In this document: positions 12,320 through 23,575 of the stretch, one piece after another
Numbering within the stretch: position 1 is the stretch's first letter
Layout: the number at the start of each line of letters is the position of its first letter
Translations under genes and position numbers: made by a program
The notes under the pieces: model-generated
What the model saw: the letters and a program-made list of their open reading frames with translations, nothing else
What the model was told of the DNA's origin: nothing
Databases searched by the model: none
Assembly (NCBI GenBank): GCA_002104945.1
Contig: MCFH01000015.1
Coordinates: 620,001-684,000 of the forward strand
Length of the DNA: 64,000 nt
Direction of reading: 5' to 3'
Source: Piromyces finnis finn
Taxonomy: Eukaryota > Fungi > Neocallimastigomycota

Positions 12320-14473
12320 TTAATCTAGACCAATCCCTTCGTTAATATCATCGGTGGGTTCTGGGATGAGTAGTGGATCGTCGATTAAAGTGACAGAAAA
12401 AGTTTTATCATTTTCATTGAAAATTTCTTCTTCATCCTCGGGTTCGAAAAAAAATGGATCGGTGGTGATCCTTTCTTCGTTCTTTTCATCTGATTCATCA
12501 TACCATTCAGGAAACTCCGTCGCTTGATCATCCGTTGTACTGTAGTAGGATAGGAAAGGAAAATCGAAATCAAAATCAAAATCAGGAAAATCATCTTTGA
12601 TGATAGGATTCGATTTTTCAAGTTCTATTTCTCCATTTTCATTAATACAATATCCTTCTTCAGAACAGGTGCTCTTTGGATTGGAACAGGTATGATGTCC
12701 TGAATGATAACCACAACCATAATACATACCATCGGAAGAATAAACCATGGATTTTCCATTATTAAGAAACACATTATTTCTACCTGGATCAAGATTGGTA
12801 ATCCTATTCTTTTCACCTAATCGAATTAAAAAATCATTCATGGAATAGGAATCAAATTTAATGGCTTTAAATTCACCCATAATGGTGGCAGCTACCCCTG
12901 CGACAATAGGTGCTGAAAAAGAAGTACCATAGAAATAATCATCATGATCTCTTCCTTTCTCATCTTGATAACTACCATACACATAAAATGGTGCATAAAT
13001 ATTTACTGTTTCACCACTATTGGAATACGCGTCTACTTCATAATGATTAGAGAATATAGGATGAATATCTTTAATACCACCAACACAAATTACTCCATAA
13101 AAGGAACATGGACAATACTGAAAATTATGCTTTCGATTATAGGTAAGGGCACCATCATTACCGGCTGAGGCAATGACCGTGGCACCCTTTTCAACTAATC
13201 GACGAATCAATAATTGATAGTGATGATAATTATCCCCAGGTTCTGAAATTGGATAATAAATTCCGGAAGAAAGATTAATAACCGTTTTATGAGGTCGAAT
13301 CAAGGTATCAATAATGTATTGTAAGGCTAAAAACATATCTTCTTCTAAAAACTTACCCTCCTTGGAATGAACCGCAATACCATAAATATTGGCTTTATTG
13401 GCCACGCCACTCTCTAAACCTCCAACAATATCTGCTACAATTTCACCGTGATAGGAGGCTTCCCTATGTAAACCACATCTGCTTTCCTCTAGACTCTCGG
13501 ATAGTATGGCATTTTGGATTTCTGCAACACATCGAACCTGACGCTCCTTGCCGTGATTGGAAAACTCTTCATTTTCAAAGTTAAACCCGGTGTCAATCAG
13601 GATAATGTCTATGTCTTCTCCTGCTGAACTAGGATAATAATAATTATAATCAAAGGAACCTATAATATCATGATTCACAATTCCTTGTGAAATTAGAGAA
13701 AGATGCATATAGGTATCTTCTCTAACAGTAACATTTTTCCATCCAGTTTCTCGTTGAATTGTTCTTATTTTGTAATAGTGTTCTTCTCCCTCCTCCTCCT
13801 CCTCCTCCTCCTCCTTTACGGCATTATTCCATTCCATCTCTCGTTTTACCACTTTTCTATTATAATCATCGTCCTCTTCCATCATGACATCATCCCATTT
13901 TATTTCTTGTTTTACCACCTTTCTGTCATAATTACCATTTTCCATAACATCAATATTAATTTGTTCACCTATTCTCACACTAGAAACATAGGAAAGTTCC
14001 TCTACTTTTTTTACTAAATCTTTAGAAAGATAGGCATATAGTACGGTACTATCCTCAACAGAAGAAATTGGAAAAACATACGGTGATCTCACCGTATTTT
14101 CTAATGCTGTTGGAATAGATGAATCGTCATCCCTTCTTTTTATCAATATATTTGTTTTTAGGGCTTCAAAATTTTCAGTATTTACATAGGTATCTTTATT
14201 ATTTAAAATTAAGGAATGAATTTCATCCACTTTCCCATTAATAAATTCCGTGGTATTGACGACAGGAAAGGACAATTCTTGTCGTTTTTCAACTCCAAGA
14301 GAAGATTTAATAAATACCATGTAATAACGTTCATTTTTTGATTCTTCTATATACGCTACATTATTTGAAAAGGGTAAATCAGCTATACGTTGACGACGAA
14401 AACCATCTACTTTTGCTATTAAAAGTAGGATAACACTTTGCCATATAAAATATAATTTATAAAAATTTTGCAT
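12320..14473 (-). CDS. Secreted S8 subtilisin-like protease 1 (I9-like prodomain, mini-hevein module, acidic tail), 717 aa
   Basis: Single-exon ORF with hydrophobic N-terminus. Triad motifs ILIDTG, YHGEIVAD and GTSFSAP, oxyanion SAGND. C-terminal CGYHSGHHTC...CSEEGYC followed by a D/E/F-rich tail. Confidence 0.92.
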   Translation of the reverse strand: MQNFYKLYFIWQSVILLLIAKVDGFRRQRIADLPFSNNVAYIEESKNERYYMVFIKSSLGVEKRQELSFPVVNTTEFINGKVDEIHSLILNNKDTYVNTENFEALKTNILIKRRDDDSSIPTALENTVRSPYVFPISSVEDSTVLYAYLSKDLVKKVEELSYVSSVRIGEQINIDVMENGNYDRKVVKQEIKWDDVMMEEDDDYNRKVVKREMEWNNAVKEEEEEEEEGEEHYYKIRTIQRETGWKNVTVREDTYMHLSLISQGIVNHDIIGSFDYNYYYPSSAGEDIDIILIDTGFNFENEEFSNHGKERQVRCVAEIQNAILSESLEESRCGLHREASYHGEIVADIVGGLESGVANKANIYGIAVHSKEGKFLEEDMFLALQYIIDTLIRPHKTVINLSSGIYYPISEPGDNYHHYQLLIRRLVEKGATVIASAGNDGALTYNRKHNFQYCPCSFYGVICVGGIKDIHPIFSNHYEVDAYSNSGETVNIYAPFYVYGSYQDEKGRDHDDYFYGTSFSAPIVAGVAATIMGEFKAIKFDSYSMNDFLIRLGEKNRITNLDPGRNNVFLNNGKSMVYSSDGMYYGCGYHSGHHTCSNPKSTCSEEGYCINENGEIELEKSNPIIKDDFPDFDFDFDFPFLSYYSTTDDQATEFPEWYDESDEKNEERITTDPFFFEPEDEEEIFNENDKTFSVTLIDDPLLIPEPTDDINEGIGLD

Positions 14474-14589
14474 TTTTTTTTTTTTTGAATTTTAAATTTT
14501 GAAAATGAAATTTAAATTTTTTAAAATTATTTATATATTATATATAAATGTATTTTTTTTTTATTAAACTAATTGTTATAAAAATACAT

Positions 14590-14622
<33 letters not shown>

Positions 14623-16084
14623 CCTTCAAGGAAATATATATACAGGTTATTTAATAAGATTGATAATTTATTGGTATATAAAATTGGTATGTATCATTAA
14701 AAAAAATTTAAAATTTCTTTTATGGTTTTTTTTTTAATGAATAAGGATATGAATTATTATTATTATTCAAATTGTTGTCATTCTTGTTAATTATTAATAT
14801 ATATTTTATTTATTTATCTTGTTATTATTGCTGTTATTTTATTTTTTATTTTATTTTTTTTTTTTTTTGAATTTAATAAACTTTTTTTTTTGGAAGAATA
14901 GCTTTTTTTCTTATTTATAATTATGATTGAAATATTACTATTAATTTAAAAGAATAATTGGTACGAAATAAATAAAAATACAATTTATTTATTTTTTTTT
15001 TATCTTTTTATATTCGTTGTTGTTGTTACTGTTGTTATTGTTGAAATTTATTTTAAATTTAAAAGAATTTTTTAACAATTAATTGAGAATTTTTTTTATT
15101 TTTCCTGTTTTTTCTTTCTTTATATATTAATAATTAATAATTAATACAATTTATTTGTTCATTTCTTTTTATTTTTTTTTATTTTTTTTTTTTTTATATT
15201 ATTACTGTACATTCAAATGAATATTTAAAAAGAAGTAAAAAAAAAAAAAAAAACATTTTTTCTTTTCTAATTTCCTTTTTTTTTTTTTTTTTTTTTTACT
15301 TTTTTTTTATATATATATATTTTTTTTTTAATTTTTTTTTGTAGGGGACAAAGCTTTTTTTTAATTAAAAATAATGATTTACAAATATGAAACTTAAAAA
15401 TTTATATTAAATTTTATTAATTAAAATTTTTATTATAAATTAAATTTTTTTTTTTTTTTTTAAAAAAAAAAGTAAAAACGAAGGAAAAAAAAAAAAAAAA
15501 GTATAATACTAGAAATAGGTTTATCTCTCTCTATTTATATATTACGTATTCGTATTATTTTTTTCTAAACATTTATTCATTTTATATGAAAAAAAGGCAT
15601 GTCTTTGATATTCTTTTATTAAAGTATTACTATCTGATAAAATAAGGTTACACAACTATAAATTGGGCTAAATCAATAGTTTTATTAATAAATAAAACTA
15701 ATTAAAAAAAAAAAAACTTTGAATATAATACTAAAAATAGTATTATTATATAAAAACAATAATAACAATAATACTAATAATACTAATAATGATAAGATAA
15801 TAATACTATTTAAAAATATTTTATAAATAATATATAAAATTTATAAATAATACACACACCATACCATCCATATATATAAATATATAAAGTATATATACAA
15901 AAACAAAATATGATTTTTTCTTTTATTCTTTATACAATAATTATTATTTTTCTATAAACTATAATTTATTACCTATAATATATAATGTACTTTTTTTTAT
16001 TTTTTAATTCTATTATTATATTTTTTTTCTATTCTATTTTTATTTATTCATTTTTTTTTTTTTTTTTTTACTTCATTTGATTAA

Positions 16085-18175
16085 TTATTGGTAGTAAAGG
16101 CTTTTCCATTGCATTTTCATTATTTTCTTGGCTATTAAAGTTTTTATTCTGTATTCATTTATTTCATGTCGTTCATTTCCTTCTTCATCTAAATAAAGAT
16201 CAAGATCAATAACTTCTTCTTCATCCTCTTCTAAATCAATCTCATCTTCCTCTATTTCAATATCACCAACATCTATGGGTGGCGTATCTGTTTCTTCATC
16301 TATAATATCCTCTTCTATGCTTGTTGTGATGGTATCATAGGATTCCATAAATGTGAGGGTGATGGAAATAGTTGGATTGTCATTCATGATACTTTCTACC
16401 ATGGTTTCTACTGGATTAGGAATAGTATTTAAAGTTGAGGTGACTTCTATCATGGTGGCTTCAATAGTAGAAGTTGGAAAAACAAGTGTTGTAGTTGTAT
16501 TCATTTCGATGATTGTACTTTGTAACATGATTTCTGTAGTGGTGGTGGTAGTAGTAGTGCTGTTATTATAGGGTATCTCCAAATTTCTACAGAAACCATC
16601 TTCGGAACAATATTCATTAGAGGGGCATTCTAGGTTTCCCGAGTGTATACCACAACCATAATAAATATCATTAGAGGAATAATTAATATGTTTACCATTA
16701 TTAATAAAAATATTATTTTCCTCTTTTGGTATATTGCTGATAATATCTTTAAGGCCAAGTTCAGTTAACCATGTTAACATTATTTCGGTGGTAAATTTAA
16801 TCTCAGAATGTTCACTCATAAGGGTAGCTGCAACACCAGCAGTTAATGGAGATGAGAATGAAGTTCCTTCAACACTTTTTTCTTTATCCACTCCATTACT
16901 ATCTTGATAAAGAAGATCCATATCAAATGGTGCATAAATATTAACATTTGAACCATGGTTAGAATCTACTGCTTTTCTATAATCATTGGATGTGTTTGGA
17001 TCCATGACTTCAACACCTCCAACACATATAACATTTTCAAAAGAACAGGGGTATAAAGCTTCTTTGGATGCCTCTTTCACCGTACCTGATCCATGATTAC
17101 CGGCTGCTGCAAAAATAATACCTCCTTTAGTTGTAATTTCATTTATTAATTTTTCATAATGATCCAATTCACTTTTTTGTTCTTCATAATGATAGTATTT
17201 ACCGAAAGAAAAATTGATGACTGTTTTGTACGGTCTTATTAAATGATCACTAATATATTGTAATCCGGCAATAATATCAATATATTTAATACTGCCTAGT
17301 AATGGATCAATATCTATTTTAACTCCATAAATATTTGCTTTATTGGCTACCCCTCTGTCTAACCCACCAGCAGCATCTGCGACACATTCTCCATGATTTT
17401 TAATATAGATATCATCAGATCGACAATCTTTATCGGAAATGTCTACCGGTATACCATCTTTTATAAATGTGGAACAACGGGCGATACGATCATTCGTATT
17501 GGAAAATTCTGAATGATTAAAGTTGAAACCAGAATCCATGATAATCATATCTATATTTTCCCCAGCAGACGCTGGATAATAATAATTATAATCGTATTGA
17601 TCTATATGATCCAATGAAAATTTTCCTTGAGAAAGTAAGGATAAATGCATATGGGTATATTCCTTTACTCCAACACCCTTCCATTTTGTTTCCTTTTTAA
17701 TATCCTCTTCATTATAGTTTGTTGCTAATTCTGCATAACTATCGGGTAGACAATCTTTAACATAAGCTATCGCTTTTATTTTTCTTACAAGATCATTAGA
17801 AAGGTAGGCATATAATACAGTACTGTCCTCTACGGTTGATACGGTATACACTAGATTTGAAATCCATGATTCATTTTCTCTTTTATTATATTTTGATGAT
17901 GATTTCTCTATTTCAACTAATTTTTCAGGATCTTTATAGGTATCTATATTTTCAATAATTAACCCTTGAAGATCATGAACAATATTATTAATTAAGACAT
18001 GCGTTTCTTGACGCTTTTCAAAAAATTGCTTTTTTTTACTTCCATTATTTACAAAAATCATATAATAATTATCTTTTATTTGATCATCATCCTTGTCATT
18101 CATAACATAACTATACGCCATCCAATTCATTATCATTATACTCCATAGGAGTAAAATTTTATTATTTTTAAGCAT
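16085..18175 (-). CDS. Secreted S8 subtilisin-like protease 2 (mini-hevein, Thr-rich linker, acidic tail), 696 aa
   Basis: Single-exon ORF with signal-like N-terminus. Motifs IIMDSG, NHGECVAD, AAGNH and GTSFSSP; CGIHSGNLECPSNEYCSEDGFC, then T-rich and D/E-rich segments. Confidence 0.92.
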   Translation of the reverse strand: MLKNNKILLLWSIMIMNWMAYSYVMNDKDDDQIKDNYYMIFVNNGSKKKQFFEKRQETHVLINNIVHDLQGLIIENIDTYKDPEKLVEIEKSSSKYNKRENESWISNLVYTVSTVEDSTVLYAYLSNDLVRKIKAIAYVKDCLPDSYAELATNYNEEDIKKETKWKGVGVKEYTHMHLSLLSQGKFSLDHIDQYDYNYYYPASAGENIDMIIMDSGFNFNHSEFSNTNDRIARCSTFIKDGIPVDISDKDCRSDDIYIKNHGECVADAAGGLDRGVANKANIYGVKIDIDPLLGSIKYIDIIAGLQYISDHLIRPYKTVINFSFGKYYHYEEQKSELDHYEKLINEITTKGGIIFAAAGNHGSGTVKEASKEALYPCSFENVICVGGVEVMDPNTSNDYRKAVDSNHGSNVNIYAPFDMDLLYQDSNGVDKEKSVEGTSFSSPLTAGVAATLMSEHSEIKFTTEIMLTWLTELGLKDIISNIPKEENNIFINNGKHINYSSNDIYYGCGIHSGNLECPSNEYCSEDGFCRNLEIPYNNSTTTTTTTTEIMLQSTIIEMNTTTTLVFPTSTIEATMIEVTSTLNTIPNPVETMVESIMNDNPTISITLTFMESYDTITTSIEEDIIDEETDTPPIDVGDIEIEEDEIDLEEDEEEVIDLDLYLDEEGNERHEINEYRIKTLIAKKIMKMQWKSLYYQ

Positions 18176-19664
18176 TTTTTTTCACTTTTTTTTTTTTTTT
18201 TAATTTGTATATATTTAATGCGTATATTTTATTTACTTTTTTTTTTTTATAATTATTACGTTTTAAAAAATAAAAAAAATGTATAAATTATCTTTAAAAT
18301 TCCTTACTTTAATTTTTTAAAATTTTCATGCTTATAAGGAATAAAAACTTTTCTGTTGTTCGTACTTGTGTATCGTGTGGATAATTAAAAAAAAATAAAT
18401 GGTATTATAAAATTATTTAATTTGTTTTTATATTATATTATATAGAGTATACATAGTTTCGTTGTTATGTTGCTAAAAATAAATGATATTTGTATTTTTA
18501 TATATTCAAGTTTTTTTTTTTTTTGTTTAAATTGATTTTTGTTAACTGTAATTTCAATAAAAAAAGAGATTTAGAATAAATAATAGTAAAGTAGAATTAG
18601 ATGTTTTCAATAATAAAAGAATAACTATTATATATTAAAAAATGGTTTGAACTAAATTCCTAAATGCCTTTTTTCTCTCTTGTTCTTTTTTTATTTTTCT
18701 TAATCCTGTAATTCTTAAATTTCTTTAAAAAAAAAAAAAAAAAAAAAAAAGAAATAATAAAGTGATGATATATTCAACTTTATTTTATAATAAAATCCTT
18801 TTTTTTGTCATTATTAAAAAATAAATCATTTTTTAATTTATTTTAATAACAAGAAATTAATTTAAATTGATGGAAAATAGTGTTACACAAACAAAATAAA
18901 ACAATAGTAACCAATGAAATTTTAAAATATTTAAACTTTAATAATTAAACTTTTATTTTGATAGGTTTCACAAATTAAAATTTTAATTTATGATTATCAT
19001 AAAAAATATGAGTTTATCCTATTTTAATTAAATTCATTTTTATTAATAATAATAATAGTATCAAAAAAAAAAAGTTTTACTAATCTTTATTTTTATGGTT
19101 AAAATTACCTAGATAAAATTTTTACTTTCCTATAATTTAACCTATTAACTATTTAATAAATTTCGTACTCTTTTTTTTTTTTTTTTCTATTCTAATAATA
19201 ATTAGAATAATAGAATTAATAGTGTTATTAATAGTGTTGTTATAATTATTATTAATAAAATAAATAATCAATACTATATAATTATTAGCAATAGGAACAA
19301 AGCTTATTTTTTAATATATGTTATATTTGTTGTTTTATTATTGTTGTTATTATTTTACTCACTTCACAATACTTACACGATAAGAAATTATTAATTAAAA
19401 TTAATAAAATTTCTAGGAAAATTTTCAACCATACAAAAAAATATTGTATACATAAATCTTATTATTTATATAAATGGAAAAAGATATTTATAATAAATAA
19501 TAATATCTTATTAAAAAGTATTAAAACTTTATAAACCTTATTCATTATTAAAAATAGACTTATGTATAACACGTGTATATTATATTTTTATGATTAGTAT
19601 GCATTTATATATGTAAATAATAATTTTTTTTTTTGGCGTACTGGTAGTCCCTTGATTAAACTAA

Positions 19665-19809
19665 CTAATAATGTAACAACACTACTTTCTTCTAAAATAA
19701 TAAATTAATAATAATAACCTAATAATGTAACAACACTGCTTTCTTCTAAAATAATAAATTAATAATAATAACCTAATAATGTAACAACACTGCTTTCTTC
19801 TAAAATAAT
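19665..19809. repeat. 54-bp minisatellite, about 2.7 copies
   Basis: CTAATAATGTAACAACACT(A/G)CTTTCTTCTAAAATAAT... starts at 19665, 19719 and 19773. Confidence 0.9.
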
Positions 19810-20148
19810 GAATTATAAATAATAAATAAAAAAAAATCAATAATAAAAAGGGAAATAAAGAGAATAAAGAATGAAAATTATTTGTTAAGAAATAATTGTA
19901 ATAAAATAGGTTCTTTTCTACGATAGTATTAAAATATAAGGTAGTATTTATATATAATATTTATTCTTGAAAAAAATATGTTATATTACCACCATATAAA
20001 TAAAGATAAAAGAAAAAAATGAAAAAAATATTAATATTAAACGCTTCATTAATATATATTCAATTAACAAAAATTTTAAAAATACAAAATACTTTATTTA
20101 ATATACATTTTTATTGAAATGAATTCATCCTTTGTTTTTCTTTTAAGT

Positions 20149-22296
20149 CTATAATTCTAAAGACATTGAAATTGTAGTAGTTGATACTTTTTTAGTTGTA
20201 GATTTTTTAGTTGTTATTTTTTTTGTTGTTGTCTTTTTAGTCGTAAATTTTTTAGTTGTTGTTGTTTTCTTAGTAGTAGTTTTTTTGGTTGTTGTCTTTT
20301 TAGTAGTAGTAGTTTTTTTTGTTGTCGTCGTTTTTTTAGTTGTTGTTGTCTTTTTGGTTGTTGATTTTTTAGTAAGCGTAGTTGTAGCAGTAGTAGTGAT
20401 CTTTGTTGATGCTTTTTTAGAAGTAGTAGTAGTTTTTTTTGTAGTTGTTGATGTTTTTTTCATTGACGTGGTGTTAGTTTTTGTAGGGGTTGTAGCGTTA
20501 CTAGTAGATTTAATAGAATAAGTGGTGGTTTTGGGGGGTTCATTTGTGGTAGTAGTTGAAGTTATTTCTGGAATTATAGATTCAATTAATGTAGAATTAC
20601 CAGGATTAGAATTTAAATCATTTTCTTCTAATTTTATTTCTTCACAAAATCCTTCATCTGTGCAGAACTGATTTTCCGGACATTGTATCGTTTTTTCAAT
20701 CAATGGATCACAACGAATATACGTATTCTCTTGATAATATATCCGCTGTTTGCCGTTATTAACAAATAGATTTCCTGGTCCTGATACCATTCCATAAATA
20801 ATTGATTTTTGACCCAACTCTGTTAAATAATCCATCATGGTTTTAATGGTAAACCGGGTATCGGGATTTTCACTCATAAGGGTAGCAATAATTCCAGATA
20901 CAATTGGGGATGAAAAGGACGTCCCTTCAGGATAGGCTTCTAAATTCATACCTTTTGAATTTTGGTATAAAACATTAACTTCATAGGGTGCATATATATT
21001 TACAGATTCTCCATAATTTGATTCCATGGCTCTTTCATAGGTATCCTTATTAAACCCATTGACTCCATTTACACCACCAACACAAATAACTTGATCAAAG
21101 GAACATGGATAAAAGGCATTTCCAGAGACTTCATCATAAGCAGATAAACCATTATTACCTGAAGCAGCCACAACTATTCCCTTTTTCTCTATAATTTCAT
21201 TTATTAATTTTTGATAGTGTAAAATGGCTTCGGTTTCTTCAGCCATGGCATAAAAACTACCAAAAGATAGATTAATTACCGTTTTATATTCTCTTATTAA
21301 ATGATCAATGATATATTGTAATCCAGCAAATATATCGACCTCTTTAATATCTCCAAACCATACTTTAAGAGCAATACCATAAATATTAGCTTTACTAGCT
21401 ACACCCTTTTCTATTCCGGCAGCGATATCTGAAATCATTTCTCCATGATAATCCGAATATCGATCAGTTGTACCGCAAAAACGTTCATCTGAAACAGTTT
21501 CTACTTTACCATTACTAATTTTAACAACACATTTTACTATTCGTTCATCTGTATTATTGAATTCGGGATGCTTAAAATTAAAACCAGAATCTAAAAATAT
21601 CATATCAATATCTTTTCCAGCAGTCTTTGGATAATAATAGGTCGTATCATAATGTCCTATATTTTCTTTCGAATATTTTCCCTGAGAAATTAAGGATAAG
21701 TGTAATGGGGCATTTTCTTTAATACCAACTTCCTTCCATTGGGTTTCCTCTATAATTTCATTGATATTATAATTTGCGGTGAGTTTAACAAATCTATTGG
21801 GTGTAATTTCATTAATTCCTTTCATTTTTTTAATTTTTTCCACTAAATCATGTGAAAGATAGGCATAAAGTACGGTGCTATTCCCAACAGTAGAAATCGG
21901 ATAAACAAAATTTGTATCTCCATAATCCATGGCATAATGACTTTCTTCACCTTCTTCTTTTCTTTTCTTTTTTCTTTTTTTTTCATCTTCATCCTCTTCT
22001 TTAATTTCTTCAAATTTTTCAATATCTCTATACGTATCTTTATTTTCAATAATCAAACTATGAATTTCATTTACCATTAAATTAATGAAACCATCAACTT
22101 CTTGACGCTTTTCTTTTTTATTATCGGAATTCCCATTATCCATAAAAATCATATAATATTTATCATCTTCTGATAATTCATATTTATTTTGCCTCTCTAA
22201 TTCATAGTCATTGGCATCATCTTTGGCATAGACCCATTTTATCCATAAAATAATAATACTCAATAAGGTATAAATTCTACTGTATAACTCTTTCAT
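20149..22296 (-). CDS. Secreted S8 subtilisin-like protease 3 (mini-hevein, Lys/Thr-rich basic tail), 715 aa
   Basis: Single-exon ORF with signal-like N-terminus. Motifs IFLDSG, YHGEMISD, ASGNN and GTSFSSP; CDPLIEKTIQCPENQFCTDEGFC, then (TTTKK)n. Confidence 0.92.
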   Translation of the reverse strand: MKELYSRIYTLLSIIILWIKWVYAKDDANDYELERQNKYELSEDDKYYMIFMDNGNSDNKKEKRQEVDGFINLMVNEIHSLIIENKDTYRDIEKFEEIKEEDEDEKKRKKKRKEEGEESHYAMDYGDTNFVYPISTVGNSTVLYAYLSHDLVEKIKKMKGINEITPNRFVKLTANYNINEIIEETQWKEVGIKENAPLHLSLISQGKYSKENIGHYDTTYYYPKTAGKDIDMIFLDSGFNFKHPEFNNTDERIVKCVVKISNGKVETVSDERFCGTTDRYSDYHGEMISDIAAGIEKGVASKANIYGIALKVWFGDIKEVDIFAGLQYIIDHLIREYKTVINLSFGSFYAMAEETEAILHYQKLINEIIEKKGIVVAASGNNGLSAYDEVSGNAFYPCSFDQVICVGGVNGVNGFNKDTYERAMESNYGESVNIYAPYEVNVLYQNSKGMNLEAYPEGTSFSSPIVSGIIATLMSENPDTRFTIKTMMDYLTELGQKSIIYGMVSGPGNLFVNNGKQRIYYQENTYIRCDPLIEKTIQCPENQFCTDEGFCEEIKLEENDLNSNPGNSTLIESIIPEITSTTTTNEPPKTTTYSIKSTSNATTPTKTNTTSMKKTSTTTKKTTTTSKKASTKITTTATTTLTKKSTTKKTTTTKKTTTTKKTTTTKKTTTKKTTTKKTTTTKKFTTKKTTTKKITTKKSTTKKVSTTTISMSLEL

Positions 22297-23575
22297 TTTT
22301 AATCATTCTATAGTTTCTAATATTTATATGTTTTCTTTTATAAAACCAATTTTTTTTTTTTTTTTTTGTATTAATGAAACTAAAAATTATTTAGTATAAA
22401 ACATTCCTTTCTACCTAATATTAATTTCTCACAATCTTTTACATTATTATCTTATTTTTAGTAATTCCTTTCTAATATTTATATATATTTATATATAATA
22501 TATATAATAGTAATTATACTAATATTGTATTTTTTTGATAAAAGATTATTGAATAATTTAGTTATTTACAATTAATTGAAATTATAAAATTTAAAGTTTT
22601 TTTTTTTTTTTTTAATTCATTATTATTTTTAATTAAAGATAAATTATGTGGTTTTTAAGCAAATAAAGCATCAAATTAAAAATTAAAAATAAACCTCAAC
22701 CTTTTTTTTTTTTTTTAAAATTGATAAACATCAAATATAATGTTCCATTTTTTTTTTTTTTACATTATAATTATTTCTTTATTTAAATAATAAAGTAAAA
22801 AAGAAAAAAAAATTAATGATAGCCAATACAGTCAACTTTTTTATATTTATTTTTTTCTATTCTATTACTCTATTATTTTCTATTTTTTTCTCGTAATCAT
22901 ATCAAGGAGACCTTATAATTGTTAAGGAAAACTTTATAGCTTTTTTTTTTAATATTACTTTTTAGAATATAAATTTTTATTTTATTTTATTTTATCGTTT
23001 GTAATAAATATAATGGAAGATGAAAAAGAATGCTTTTTCCATGTTTTTTTTTTTTTTTTTTTTTTTTAATTAGTAAATTTCATAAAAAACAAAAAAAAAA
23101 AAAAAGATTCTAATAGAACCTTTTTTTAACAAGACATATGACATATTAGATTTTCATATTATAGAAAAGTTTCTAGAGATGATTTGTTTATAATTAAGAA
23201 AAAAAAAAAATAAAACACATTTATATAAGAATGAAAAAAGAAATATTTCCATACACTGAAATGTATTTATTTTTCCCACTTTAAAAATAGTAATAAATTT
23301 TTAATAGTTTTAATTGTCATAATATATATTATACAGATTATTGTTGTCTTTATTTATATGGTATTGTATTGTATTATATTTTAAAGTATTTACATTATTA
23401 CTTTTTATCATTATGAAAAAAAAAAAAAAAAAACTATAATCAAAAGTATAATATATTTTATATCAATTTTTTTTTAATATTAATTTAGTATTATTTTTTT
23501 TTTAAAAAAAGAATATAAAAGGAGTATTTATTTATTTATTTTTTTTTTTTTTATTATTTTTTGTTTTTCGTTTTT

